Shown here piece after piece: positions 13,201 through 24,740 of a stretch of 64,000 bases of DNA. A program made the position numbers and the translations under genes. Each line of letters begins with the position of its first letter. The stretch's first letter is position 1. The notes below the pieces were generated by a model that made no database searches, was not told where the DNA came from, and worked only from the letters and a program-made list of their open reading frames with translations. This DNA is from Phoronis australis (lineage: Eukaryota; Animalia; Phoronida). The DNA lies in NCBI GenBank assembly GCA_002633005.1, contig NMRA01000291.1, forward strand, positions 388,825 to 452,824, in the 5' to 3' direction.

Positions 13201-14434
13201 TATTCGTCGCTGCGCGCAAAATGCGGTACTGCTCATAGCCCGGCGTCCTTTACTGCGTCGCTACGAATTTTTTCAGTCTGCGCCTAGAAGACTTCTGATT
13301 TTACCATCTTTCTTAATTCTTGTTAAGTAATCTACTGAGACATTTCGTTGTGTTTTGAGAAGCGGAGATTAAGTTATCCTAATATTTTGGTTTTACACGG
13401 TGGTCTTTACATGGCCTTTGAAGACTTAATTTGATGTATCCCAAGTTGTATTTATTTACATGTCTCTTGTTTGGATGTTAAACGTTGTTAACGGAATTCC
13501 TTGATCTAGTTCGTTTTTTCTTCTTTTCTTGAGCCAACAGCTCAACCAATTGAACGCCCTTGAGCAAATCCAGCGTTTAAAATAAAAATACCGTTTGTTT
13601 ACATTCACTCCGTGCAGTCTCCAGTTCGTTTAATTCTCTTTGATATTTGAGGACTATTCGGAGTTTATTTATTTATTTTCGCCGTTGACGTATTGTCGAC
13701 TAATCCCTAATGAACTTAAAATAGTCGTTAGTTTAGAATAAATGGAGCATCTTCGTCGTAATAGCTGCAGTTTACGAAAACGTATGGATCTTATTTTAAG
13801 TACCTTGTAAATCCAAGTTATGGAAATAAGTTATGAAATGGTTCATTGGTGATGTTAATTAGTAAATGTAACCTTTAGAGTAACACAAAAAGTGTATGAA
13901 AAATGCATTTAGTGTGGCGGTTTCATATTTTCCTTTTCTATTGCTCTTGCTAGATTCTTTATACAGTGATGTACCACGTGACTTGATTAGTTTTTTTGCA
14001 CAGCAGGTGTACACACGTTTAGAACACAACACATCTATACATATTTGCGTGCACTGACACGGTGAAATTGAGTTATGATATTTAGATGAAAGTAGCCATC
14101 CCAGTATTCTTTCTGGGAATCTTATCAGATCGGATGTAAGTGAAAATAACGATCATGTCATTACTTACCCTGCCAAGGACCCATCGTTGCAGGAAACAGA
14201 TCTTGTCAAATTTACCCGTGACAAATTTGGAACACCCTTCACTCCACAGCCATGTAAAGAACCTGCTAATTTTCTTATGGCTTCTAAAATTTTATCCGTA
14301 TCTCCTAGCTTAGAGAGTTCATCAATATCTAGTATAATGTCGTCCGTGTGACCACTTGTCCTCGTTGGCAAACACGTGACTGTCACCATAAAGCAAAGGA
14401 GCACAACACAAGTCCTTTCAACTATTACATCCAT
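847..14434 (-). CDS. notum: Notum, palmitoleoyl-protein carboxylesterase (secreted Wnt deacylase); complete spliced CDS, 13 exons, 1746 nt / 581 aa
   Basis: Exons (minus): 14169-14434, 12460-12512, 11464-11571, 10642-10702, 8714-8772, 6259-6364, 5560-5748, 4997-5094, 4437-4575, 3756-3803, 3030-3146, 1567-1667, 847-1247. All introns are GT-AG and the phases join into one open frame. Motifs: signal peptide, SCNDGS.AGYY, PYCSSD.WSG, GSSAGG (catalytic Ser), ADSGWF, CFFGY, FDEAQ (Asp), ACLSH (His), C-terminal CxxHLxDxCxWPxCNxSCP. Confidence 0.97.
1567..1667 (-). CDS. notum: Notum coding exon 12, Lys-rich insertion (SNENKLLGDEAVPRVKKNKNKKKKGRKSKKKKK)
   Basis: Acceptor tatttcag, donor G|gtgagc. Its 101 nt supply the phase change (2 to 1) needed between exons 11 and 13. 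Confidence 0.88.
2140..3090. repeat. Degenerate tandem repeat (~70-120 bp units) in Notum intron 11; the last unit overlaps exon 11
   Basis: Recurrent blocks tagtcactcatggtca, gtatacttggtatcag and ggatagtaactgtt, about 9-10 times. Confidence 0.85.
3030..3146 (-). CDS. notum: Notum coding exon 11 (DWHKMTIKGVTLTDALKCWTTSDHEPNSYYPSTLIPSI)
   Basis: Acceptor tttttcag, donor CG|gtaagc; resembles human HWTDVQVKGTSLPRALHCW. Confidence 0.92.
3756..3803 (-). CDS. notum: Notum coding exon 10 (AVFASACLSHTTLTL; catalytic His)
   Basis: Acceptor atttcag, donor CC|gtaag; ACLSH motif. Confidence 0.95.
4437..4575 (-). CDS. notum: Notum coding exon 9 (PVFIVQFLFDEAQ...; catalytic Asp)
   Basis: Acceptor tttcccag, donor TC|gtaagc; FDEAQ motif. 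It lies in a different frame from ORF 4375..4644. Confidence 0.95.
4997..5094 (-). CDS. notum: Notum coding exon 8 (LWKANIPEGCRKQYPNEEWKCFFGYRLYPFIK)
   Basis: Acceptor ttgcag, donor G|gtacag; EEWxCFFGY motif. Confidence 0.95.
5560..5748 (-). CDS. notum: Notum coding exon 7 (AGGLGVLLNVD...ADSGWFMDNKQY...CAPTEGIQRGM)
   Basis: Acceptor gtttcag, donor CA|gtacgt; same frame as ORF 5541..5732. Confidence 0.95.
6259..6364 (-). CDS. notum: Notum coding exon 6 (EFSFMGSQILAEVVKDLL...LLLTGS; catalytic Ser codon split by the intron)
   Basis: Acceptor tttcag, donor AG|gtaagt; GSS|AGG nucleophile elbow. Confidence 0.95.
6821..6964 (+). mobile_element. 144-bp MITE with 5-bp TSD (CTCTT) in Notum intron 5
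   Basis: TIR catgggcggcgca...tgcgccgcccatg; ctctt at 6816-6820 and 6965-6969; internally dimeric; homologous copy at 43752-43892. Confidence 0.9.
8714..8772 (-). CDS. notum: Notum coding exon 5 (LVPYCSSDAWSGTAKARSE)
   Basis: Acceptor cttttcag, donor A|gtaagt; PYCSSDxWSG motif. Confidence 0.95.
9178..9639 (+). mobile_element. Degraded TTAA-flanked non-autonomous DNA element; related copies at ~40041-40200 (+) and ~47738-47985 (-)
   Basis: Ends ttaaaccttatgtaggacct...aggtcctacatttgtcctaa. 9440-9635 aligns by eye with the reverse complement of 47740-47940, and 9190-9312 with 40050-40165. Confidence 0.6.
10642..10702 (-). CDS. notum: Notum coding exon 4 (TGILSWDPEENPSFFTANV)
   Basis: Acceptor ttgcag, donor GT|gtgagt; GILSxxPEENP motif. 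Confidence 0.95.
11464..11571 (-). CDS. notum: Notum coding exon 3 (GGGYCFDGATCHSRWINMQNVERNLMSSRKWQETRI)
   Basis: Acceptor tttccag, donor G|gtatgt; YCF..C..R....LMSS..W motif. Confidence 0.94.
12460..12512 (-). CDS. notum: Notum coding exon 2 (YYIRKSFGSTKWIIHLE)
   Basis: Acceptor attccag, donor G|gtagga; resembles human YYLKESRGSRRWLLFLE. Confidence 0.94.
14169..14434 (-). CDS. notum: Notum first coding exon (signal peptide ... SVSCNDGSLAG)
   Basis: ORF 14165..14434; hydrophobic N-terminus; donor GG|gtaagt. An upstream acceptor (tattttcag, exon start 14449) implies a non-coding 5' exon further upstream. Confidence 0.93.
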
Positions 14435-15541
14435 TTTAAAACTGTTAACCTGAAAATAGAAAAATGAAACAAATTCACCCGTGGAAGAAACGTCATTATT
14501 TTACCCATGACTTTCTTTTTCGACGTGACAAACTGGTAGGTGTGGCAAGATATACAACCCCGATATCTCGAACTTCGTATTTTTGCATAATTACGTTCTT
14601 TTCGGTGATGTAGAAAATATCACTAAAATTATTTCTGTCGTCAAACTTTTGTTTTGGCACTATTCACATCTGCTGGTTATAGCTTACTTTATGTGAAGAT
14701 AGATAACGAAATCGTAGAAAACTTCATCAATTCACTCATCAAGCACCCAATCCAATATCCAATGAACTGATTGAAACATCATCGAAAATTTCGACTTATA
14801 TACGAATTCGGAGCTTTCTTTGACCGCGTATCTTGTGACTCAACTGTTTATTCGTTTGATTTCGGTTACTTCCGTCTTTCCCGCGTAACGAGAAAAAGTG
14901 AATCATGAATCAACCAATCGGTAATGAGTGCGTCGTCAAATGACGGAACCACAGCAAAAGTGGTGTTCAAGAAACCTTGGCGAAAACGAAGCGAATTGCG
15001 AGAGAAAATTACCGAACGATTAAAGCTTTAAAAAAGTGGGATAATTATTAGCAGCTTTTACCATAGTCCACCATGTTTGTATTTCAAATATTTATCGAAA
15101 ATTGTCAGGACATGGTTTACCCGACTACGGGCTAGACAGATGCGAAACTTCTTTGGAGCTGTTGTATACATCGGACCCCTGGAGATGTGGACGCTGATTT
15201 TTACGTCTCTTAAAACCTCGTTGTTCTAATCCGATTACGAAACTATTTTCAACCAAACTTGGTTGAATCATTGCAGTTAAAAAGACTCTCCTGGACGATG
15301 ACGTTGCCACTTTTTCAGTTTCACGTTTTGTCTAGTCCTAAACTGAAAAGTATTCTATCGGGCGATTTTAAGTTCAACAAACAAGCACCTGTCAGACAAC
15401 AGTTACCGGACGTGCTCTGGTCTCCTTTTTGCCTCTTAGTTTAAAAACAAAACATTGATAGCAAGCATATTAACGAGCAAAACTAATATTGGCAGTCATC
15501 CCCCATTGAGAATGTGACTATGAAAGTACTCTCAACATTTA

Positions 15542-15864
15542 CCTGGACAGTATACCTAGCGTTACTCTTCATCGTCAGCTTTTACAATATGAAAACTAAT
15601 AATCGTTGATGCATTCGAAAGTCGTCAAGACAGGTCACGGCTTTCGTCGTCCAAATATTATGGTGGGTTTAATGACCAGTTGAGTCAGTGTTTCACTGTT
15701 TGTGCTTTGGTCGTCATCTCATTGTTGTCCATTGTTCCTTGTCCGAAACACGTCAACATTGATTCAACCATTCATTGCCTCTCCTAAATGCTCGCCTTGT
15801 CAACTCATCAAGCGGAATTAATTCCGGCGAAGATCAAAGAGATTCTCCTGGCGAGGAGTTTATA
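15542..15864 (-). promoter_or_regulatory. Candidate Notum core promoter and non-coding first exon
   Basis: Minus-strand TATAAA at 15859-15864, TCF-type AGATCAAAG at 15831-15839, and donor CAG|gtaaat at 15542 that could splice to the acceptor before 14449. Inferred only. Confidence 0.35.
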
Positions 15865-16219
15865 CTGGGGTATCCCGGTATCTCAAACCTTTAATCGAAG
15901 TTGAAAGGCGGGTGTGTGCCTCGCTGGACAAATTATTGAAACAACAAGTTATGTTGAGTGCCAACATTCGCCGTTGGCTATTCGTGGTAAATCGATTTAC
16001 GCAACCGGTGCAAACTTCTGGTCAGAACATACTGAATTTGTTGTGATATCTGATGATTTTTACAGAGGGCCCTGATTTATCATCAAGATAGCTATGTTGA
16101 TTAAACATGTTATCTTAGACTAGCTTTCCATTGAGATCACTTGGATGGGCGTTGAGATTAATTTCGCAGGCCTTAATTAATACGGGCTATCGACAGTAAA
16201 CATATACTATCCGACACGA

Positions 16220-16237
16220 TTTCCCATAATGCCCCAG
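16220..16237 (+). promoter_or_regulatory. ZNF143/Staf-like binding motif
   Basis: TTTCCCATAATGCCCCAG resembles the SBS consensus TTCCCAYAATGC. Confidence 0.35.
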
Positions 16238-19200
16238 GAGGTCTTATAGTGTTCATTGACGAGCAAGACAGACACGCAGAAATATTGTTTTTGTTGTGGA
16301 AATTCGTTTACGCGCTAAGGTTTGTTTGCGTTACAGTTATCCATGAAAAGGACTGTCCAGTTTGTTGATAGCGTTTGGCAGCGTGATCAGTTCTTGAAGA
16401 AATCATATTCAAAATGAAATATTTCTACGATCTTATGATACAGTACAAACATAATTATGGTAGGATGGTACCTAATCTTGGTTATGAAAATATCAGTGGA
16501 CCCCACACACAGTTGCTAAGTCTGGCAAAATGTTAAAGATAGAAATTTACTTGTCAGTTTATTGGGCAACTCTTATTGTGTTACTCTGAAGTATGAGTGA
16601 TGTGACAAAACCTTGTCTTGTGCTACCTGTTCACGTGTGATGTACCTGTCTCCAGTCTGCTTTGAAGTGGAATCTCAACAAATTTTCGGTGAACGATGGC
16701 AGTATTTCACGACAGCTCCATTATTATTATTGAGTGCGTGACCAACAAAGCTATGAATTAGCGAATTGCCAACTATTATCGTAACTGGGGGACAATTCAC
16801 AAACTGTTTTTCCCAAACCTCCATGTGTGTTCTAGGGTGTGCTGGAAAATTACTGTTGAAATTACTAATCCACATTGAGAACTAAGACCGACGAATTTCC
16901 TAAGTAGGGATAATTGGAAAGAGACATACACCAATTTGTCGTCACATTGTTGAAAATCAGCGATGCGTAATTAGTTATCTCGCTTGTTTTGTTTTGCGGG
17001 CGAAGCGACTTGCTGACTCAACTTGTGTGTTCGTGTTGTGCACTCAGTCGTGCCAAAGCAAACATGGCGGATCCTACTTTTGGCGCCCGCGATCGCTACC
17101 CGCAAACTCTTCAACGGAACTTATTAGGAGATGTAAAGTGGTTTGTTTTGTCCATGTGCGAGACGTTGATGACACTCAATCAAAGTGAATTGATTAAGAA
17201 CGTGCGAGTTTCCAGGCGTGTGAAACTGCACCACCGTGGTACTTATCTGTGATACATCGGAATGCAGGAAATGAGAGATATGATAGCTAGTCTTTACTAT
17301 CTGTTGCATTGGCGGTTTCGCGACCCATGATTCACTGTTTTCTAAATGCAGAAAAGTTATGCTCCGTTTGAATTTTTGTTGTATTTTGATGGTTTTAGTC
17401 AATTCGTTACCTGGTTCTTCGTACTCGTGACCAAGCTATTGAAATTGGTCAGTGGTTAATAAATTCCAAATACGCTTTAATGGGTGTTTCTACATATCAC
17501 ATTAACAAGATGTATTTGTTTTACGAATACAGAAAATGTTGATTCGACGCAATGGGCTACAAATTCCTTTAGAAATTTCCAACGTCATAATAGTTCACAC
17601 ATACTCTATTTTAGTTGTTCAGAGATGTGACCTTGTCCAGTCTTCCTGTGTTCTTACGTGCGAAATGTAGGGGACGTAAGGGAGCCCTGGCATGCTGTTT
17701 TTAGGGTCTGTGCGAACATTTTTATTGAACATTGTAATTGGGCCCCCTTCACACAACGTAGACCCGTCAGTGCGAAAAACTATCAGTTGTTCTCTTGTAT
17801 ACTACCCAGGGACCGTCCACACATTAAAACCATTGCGACTTTACGTGGCAGGTGAACAAAGTCTTTCTCCGCGTTTGTTTTTTATGTTGTTTCTGCAAAA
17901 CTAAATGTCAAAATATCTGCCACATACTGCACGCGCACTCATGTCGCGGATTGTAATAAACATCACCATTAATTTTCTGAAAATTCAATATGTCAATGTC
18001 GAAAACGTAGCCAGTAGTGCCGTATCCATTCATAAATTAGACTGACTTTCTTCTCCGGCATATAAAGGTACAGGGATATCAGAAGCTATGCACGTATCGA
18101 TGTGAGTGTCATTTTTCTTCTGCGCTGATAATTCGATGTACGTCATGTCACAAAATATTCACGGGGAATTCCGATGTATCCAAGCTTACAGTAGCTCGGC
18201 CTAAGCATAAAATGATGTTCCTTCATTGCCGGAGTTCAGTGCTTTGTGTTTATGTTTATATTCGTACACGTGCAGGCAAGTTGTCCTAAGCTATTTATGG
18301 GCTTACGGTCTAATCGCTTTGATTTCAATTTAAATCTAATTAGAAGGCATAAATACTCCAATACACATCGATTCAGGTGTGTAGACGCCTGATCCTTAAA
18401 GCGGCAAATTTTGAGAACGCCTTTATCTGACCGCTAGATACACATTGCGCAATGTTACGTAACAGATTAACACCTAAGCCTTTCATTAACGGTTTCAATA
18501 AATGCCTCAGCGTAACTGATAGGTCTACACAACACATCCTTATTGGCGAAAACAAGATCAGGAAGGCGGTCGACAAGAATATTCTGGACTATGAGATTCT
18601 TTCAGACAATAACCTAGCTCACGCAGTTTTCTACTGTTGAGCTTCGAAAAAGTGCAAACATAAATCTATTCAGACATCGACGGGTGAGACTTTTAGCTTC
18701 GCCCCAGGCAATCACTTGGTATCTCCACGCCACCTTTGCACGCCAATGAGAAACTTACACATTCTACCACATTGTCACTACCGAATTCCCTCGCTGAATC
18801 AGAGCGTTAATTGCTAGCACGTTCAAGCAAACAATTCATGCGTTAAAATGCACTGTTTGTCCAGGCACCATACTCTCGATTCATCACGTAACTGACCGAA
18901 AAACAGTATTTTCACAATGCTTCGGCTACCTTTGAAAAACGACTATCCTCGCCCTTCTCTCACACATTTGTTGTCTATATTTGACTACTATTTTATGACA
19001 CCTTTGCATGATTATACGAAGAAAAGAACTGGCTCTTTGATGTTTTACCTAGCCGTTTACCTGTAAATGAATACCCCGACACCTGTTTGGTAGTTGTTCG
19101 TGACCCTTATTATAGAATAGCTATTTTATCTCTATCAGGGGTCTTGACTCTTAGCGCACAAATGCCAAACACACATTCGAAGAATACGGACGGCATATTG

Positions 19201-22200
19201 TCCTTTCATGTATCGCAAGCACCACATTTTTTCATTGTTATTTATTTGTTATGCAAATGCTTTGAATTCCAATGGTTTTCTGCCCGCACTAAAACTAAAT
19301 TTACACATTTTGATTATTTCGTCATTCTCAGCAGTCAAGAATCATTTGTTTTTTCAATTCGAAGTGAAATTTACAAACTCGCTTCAAAGACTTTTACGAG
19401 ACTTCAATCTAGGAACATCACTTTATTTTCCATGAAGTTTCTGTCCAATCGAAGGCTTACTTTATGTTGGTAGAGAGGTCAAAAGAGGATTCCACAAACT
19501 GTTAAACGTGGTGTCCTTGTGGGGTTATATTTACACATGGTTGATAACACCTGTACTAGTACGTACGAATTAGTTTTTATAGCACTTACCGTAACACTCT
19601 ACTTTATATACGCTCATTTCTTGCACAACAACAGTTGTAAATACGTCTTTATCCAGTCAACTTCACATTTTGGAGCATTTCATTGTGGCGCGCAATCCAG
19701 CGCTAACTATAAACCGTTCTTATGTAACGTCTGGTTAATAGATCTCCCATAAATTGTTTAACACATTCAGCAGGATCACGCAGCCTCAAATTAATGCATA
19801 AGTGCAAATACAACCGACAGTCGGTACGCAACGTCCACACTCAACGCTTTCAACGGTCCAAATTGGGCCAGTCAAGACGCTAGCACTTCCTGTAATGGTG
19901 CCCGTAATTAGTCAATCATTTACTAATCGTAGACCGTCGATAAATTCTAACTCCTTTCACGTTGTTCTTTTGCATAATCGCATTAGCATGACCTCTCAAA
20001 ATCAACGTCAAACAGTCGAAGTGTACATGTCCACCTCAAAATTTCAGTCCGACTTTCTCGAAGATCTAATCCCTATTGAGAACCTTCTAAGCTAACTCTT
20101 CACCTATTGGCTATGCTAAAGTAGCGGTAACTTCAAAGGGTCATGGACATACATAAAATGTACGTGTCTAAATACATTAGCTAGAAAAATACGCACGATA
20201 CCGCTCTTATTTAACATCCGGGAAATCATCAACAACTCGCGCGAAAATAATTCTAACCTCTGTTCATTGGCAACGCGAATATTCTATCGTCCCCCTCTCT
20301 CTTATTGTTTACTCCGAGCAAGAAAATGAATTCACACGCATTTGTTTCGCACATATACAAAGGCAAATGCAGAGAGCTTTGTGGCTGATATAATTCTTCA
20401 CAGCTGAAACTTGCCACAAGCGCCACAGTTAGAAGCAGGAACAAATTGGATCCTTCTTTGAAGTGTATACCCACTGTGCTTGGCGATCGTAGCGACTTCT
20501 AATTCAAAAGCTTGTTCTGCTTTGAAATATACTCCAATTTAATTCATATGATGCCTTGCCAGTTTATATCAGATTTTGAAAGATATTTTGAAGTTGGCAT
20601 CGTCTACGAGGCGCGCCAGTTTTTGTGTTGTGGGGACACAGACGCCATTCATCAGTGGATCATGTTGACGCCTGTGCCGTGTTGGAATTGTACGAATTAA
20701 TGAAGCAATTTTAATCACGGTAGAAAGAATACTATAACATGAAAGAAAATAAGTTTGACCGTATAGAATATCCACAAAACAAAAATCAAACCTCTACAAT
20801 CGAGTTTATTTTGTCCATGTGCATCGTGTTGCGGTATCGCGAGCGCATTTCCGGTCAAGGAAATGTTCTTTGATACATGCGCCGCTATTATAATGGCCAA
20901 CCGAAAGTGGCACCTAAATAGTGTAAAACACTCTCTTTTGTTTGTAAGCTATCCCACCGACACTGTAGCTCAAGCAACACCCAAAGCGTGCGACATTCAC
21001 AAACTTATTAAAGATTTTATCGTCGGTTCCATCGTACCTTACACTTCGCATTTTATTTTTATAAAATGATGTCACTGTTTACATTGTGTTCTACGTTCCC
21101 TGTTTTATCACGTGCTACAAGTGAGCATCCGTGAATAATACAAAAATCATATCTGCTAAGACTCGATCATCAGTAACTGCATTAAAAGCTCGCGTCGTAA
21201 GTTTTTCTCGTCTAATTCGGCCACTCCATTATGGGGCGACGAGAAGAGGCAGTCTTCTATAACAGATGTGTTATCATTTTGTGTGGATAGGATGGCGGTG
21301 TTTTCATATGTCCAAAAGTATGTTTGCTTATTGACCACTCAACTTCCCTCAACTCGAAAATTGACGAATTGCGTGTCACTCTTTGAGCAGTTATCACAAT
21401 TTCCTGCGACGTGTAGGCCAATTTTCCAGTGGTTTCTCGAGCAAAGTTTCTCGATCACGGGTCCAGGTTGACAACAGTAATTCCACTTATTTTTGTTTAA
21501 TTCGCTCTGTCACAATTCTCCTAGTTGCTTATGCGTCACGGTACTAGATCCAAGATGTCTTTATGTTGAAAAAAGATTTTTCAAACAACGTCAAGTGTTG
21601 TGCTCACGTGTTGATTTTGCATTAATTTCAAGTATTGCAAAATTTTCAAATGTTAGATTTTCAAGAAGAATGAAACAGTAGACAAAAAGTATAGAGGACA
21701 CGATTTTTTTCTCACTGAATTAACTTTTCGTGTTTAATTCTTTAATTTTTGGAGCTGGACGACAAAATGGCCTGCTGAAGTTGAACGACGCTTATCTATG
21801 CTTAGAAAAAATTATGGTAAAAAGGAATGCATCCATGTCTTGCGTATTTCGCGATTGATGAAATTCATTTTGTGTTCTTCACTAATGGAAGAGTTATCGT
21901 AAACAGTGTCCCTGTCGTAACGAACTTCATGCGGTTGTTTTTCAAATGGCTTTCCACTTTTTGCTGTGCTTTCGATGAGAATTAAGAGTCTTCTCAAGTT
22001 TCCACCGGTGGTGAAAGTCAGGGTAAGTAGACAACGGTGGCGACGCGATTTGTCTCCGACTTTGCTCTTCGCAACCCTTTCAAATGTGACAAGATCGTGT
22101 AACTGAAATATTGAACGAATATTTTATTGTGACGTATTATTCCATGGTGAATACGAAAAAACAGAAGAGTGAAATATCGAATATCCCACCGACATTGGGT

Positions 22201-22872
22201 TTATATTGTGAGATGAAATATTTCATTCTTAAGTTGTCTTTGTTGACTCAGAGGTTATGAGTTATGGAGTTTCCCTACGTCATACCTAACAAACTTTTAA
22301 AAACTGTATTTAGATATGAACATTACATTACTTAATGCAAGTGATCCATCATTTAAGATATCACAATCTTTACCTTTCTACCTTATTCGAAGTTACTAAA
22401 TAAATAGAAAATTTTGATATCGGCAAATCTTCACCGCAGTTCTATAAAGTTGGCCACTTAGGCTAGTGTTTCCTTTACAAATAAACTTGTTTTGTAGCGG
22501 CCTTTTTGATCTACAACGATTTAAATTGACATTAATGTGGTCCGTGTTTTCACAATATTATTGTCACCGATTGCTTTGACTTGTCCCAATGCTCCCCCAA
22601 CGCCTTGGTATAACTGAATGTCGACTATAACTACAGCGGGGTGAACCTCACGAATTTTTGACGCCTCTTTAGCTGCCATTCGTCAACGGGATATCACGAC
22701 AGGGCGAGGTGAACCGTTTCTTTATTTCATTTTGGAGTTAACTAAATATTTACTGACGCACCTGTAGGGCATTTTTCAGCATTGTGCATTTGTTTGGTGT
22801 AATGACTCGACGAATATGGATATGTGTGAATATACCGTACCTGAGAATTTGAGTTTAATACTAATTTGACAG

Positions 22873-22882
22873 AGATCAAAGG
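22873..22882 (+). promoter_or_regulatory. Optimal TCF/LEF (Wnt response) motif AGATCAAAGG upstream of Notum
   Basis: Exact match to the TOP-type consensus; Notum is a known Wnt feedback target. Confidence 0.4.
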
Positions 22883-24436
22883 CCCCGAGTTATGACTTGT
22901 TTGAACCTTTATTAGGCGTTTATTTATTAAAGGATGACTTCTAGAATACAAAGAAAATATGAAGTGCCAAATATTGTATAGGCGAATTTAGATGGGGCCA
23001 AGAGGCTTGCCCCTGACTAAATCGGCAAAAAACGCCTCCTGTCTGCCGGTTTTAGCGCTTCCAAAAGTATGGTTGCCCGCTCCCACCCCCCTTTTCGACA
23101 TCTTAGATTTTCGGCGTCGAACGAAAACGGTCATACATTCATGTCTCGGTGTGGTGCCAATACATTCCCGTATGTGGCGAACCGCGATATTTGAACACAT
23201 TTTTTTGCTTAGCAAATAGCATTTTTCATAATGGACGTTTCCCGTTTTTGCAGAGCAGCGCAAACCCTTAGGTAGGTTAGCGGAAAGGTGTTAATGTGGT
23301 ATTGTCCCAGTACACAACTTAAAAAATTGTCTTCTAGAGAAACTGTCCGTTTTAGACATTGTTAGCATCTGACTACTAATTATATTAATGTGGTTGCGAT
23401 TCTGAATACTATTGGTGTATCTAATTCATTTACAGAGGCACTCAAATGAAAAAGTAGCAGCAACAGGGACATAAATCTCTAAGAAAGAAATCAAAAGAAT
23501 ATTAATAAGTAATGCACATAAGGAAAACAACAACAACAACAACACAATAATAAACATGGATATACACGCAGTCTAAACAGTTATAAATAACAGACACATT
23601 TAGAAATAAGAACAAAAGTTTACATTGAATACGTAATATGATGCGTGTCCATCCTTTGAAAATAGAATATAACGAGGAGGGAAACCTATAAAGGAAAAGC
23701 AGTTATCAGCGTATTTACTGCGTATTGACAAGATATGTTCATGAATATCTGCGTTCTGAAATCGCCCGTGTGCCAGAATCTCACCAGGTGTTAATATTCT
23801 TGGCACGTCATAAATGTTTTGGTATGCTGTGTGCGTCGTTTGACACGAAAAGGTGTCATTTTCTTTATTAAAAAGGCAAAACATCAGTTTCCTAACCTTA
23901 CAAATCTCACTAATTTTGCAAAAGAAAGCCAAACATCGCACCCTGACAGAATGCTCACAGTGATTCACACAGCAAGGAATAACATGAAACAAGTAAACCG
24001 ACAAGTTATAATGAACGTCTCATTGAAAACAATAACAGGACTATTAGAAAAACAATCGCCATCGCCACTAACAGTAAGGAAATGTTTCATTAAAGTGAAA
24101 TGCCGACGGACCACACTACACCAGTCTGCATATCACGTCCACACAATACAAATTGCGCAAGTCAAATTATGATAGACAAATTATTATTTACGTTATATTT
24201 TCCGCGGAGACAGCAATTTAAACATTAAAGTCGAAAATAATCCTGCCCCTAGGCATTCTGCTGTATAAGACGCAAGTGTGGCAAAACGGGGAGTCTGTTA
24301 TTAGTAAGATTTAATAAGTTTATACAAACCCTTTGTATGACAGCCGGTGTTATTGTTGCAAAGTAGTGAATCGTGTTTATGAGAAAGCAATATCCGTTTC
24401 TGTACGAACTGCATCATAGTCGAAAAATAAGAGACT

Positions 24437-24648
24437 CAGAGGCGGATCTGCGGGGGGGTTCAGGGGGTGTAACCCCCCCGGGATCAAAAACAAAAATAAA
24501 AAAATGCAGCCTGGAAAACGGAATCGGCAACAAAAACCAAAAAAATCTTACATGGCAGGAGGAACCCCAAGCCGACATCTCCCGCTCGACGCTACGCGCC
24601 TCGGATCCTAACCCCCGCTCTTACTGAAAACGTAAATCTGCCACTCTG
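24437..24648 (+). mobile_element. Degraded GC-rich MITE of the CAG..GCGGATC terminal type
   Basis: cagaggcggatctgcg...cgtaaatctgccactctg imperfect TIRs; G/C-run interior like the other MITEs here. Confidence 0.6.
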
Positions 24649-24703
24649 AGTGTTTTGAAGAAAAATTGTCACACCTTTCTCAAGTCACGAAAAATATTAC
24701 TTC

Positions 24704-24740
24704 GTTTCAGACAACGATCATCATGATCGTTGTCTGAAAC
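24704..24740. repeat. Perfect 17-bp inverted repeat with 3-nt loop
   Basis: gtttcagacaacgatca-tca-tgatcgttgtctgaaac. Confidence 0.9.

Noticed and set aside
20253-20474. 73-aa ORF with a hydrophobic signal-like N-terminus and a KR site (neuropeptide-like)
   Set aside because: It starts at GTG, has no supporting splice structure or recognisable family, and lies in a motif-rich probable enhancer region.
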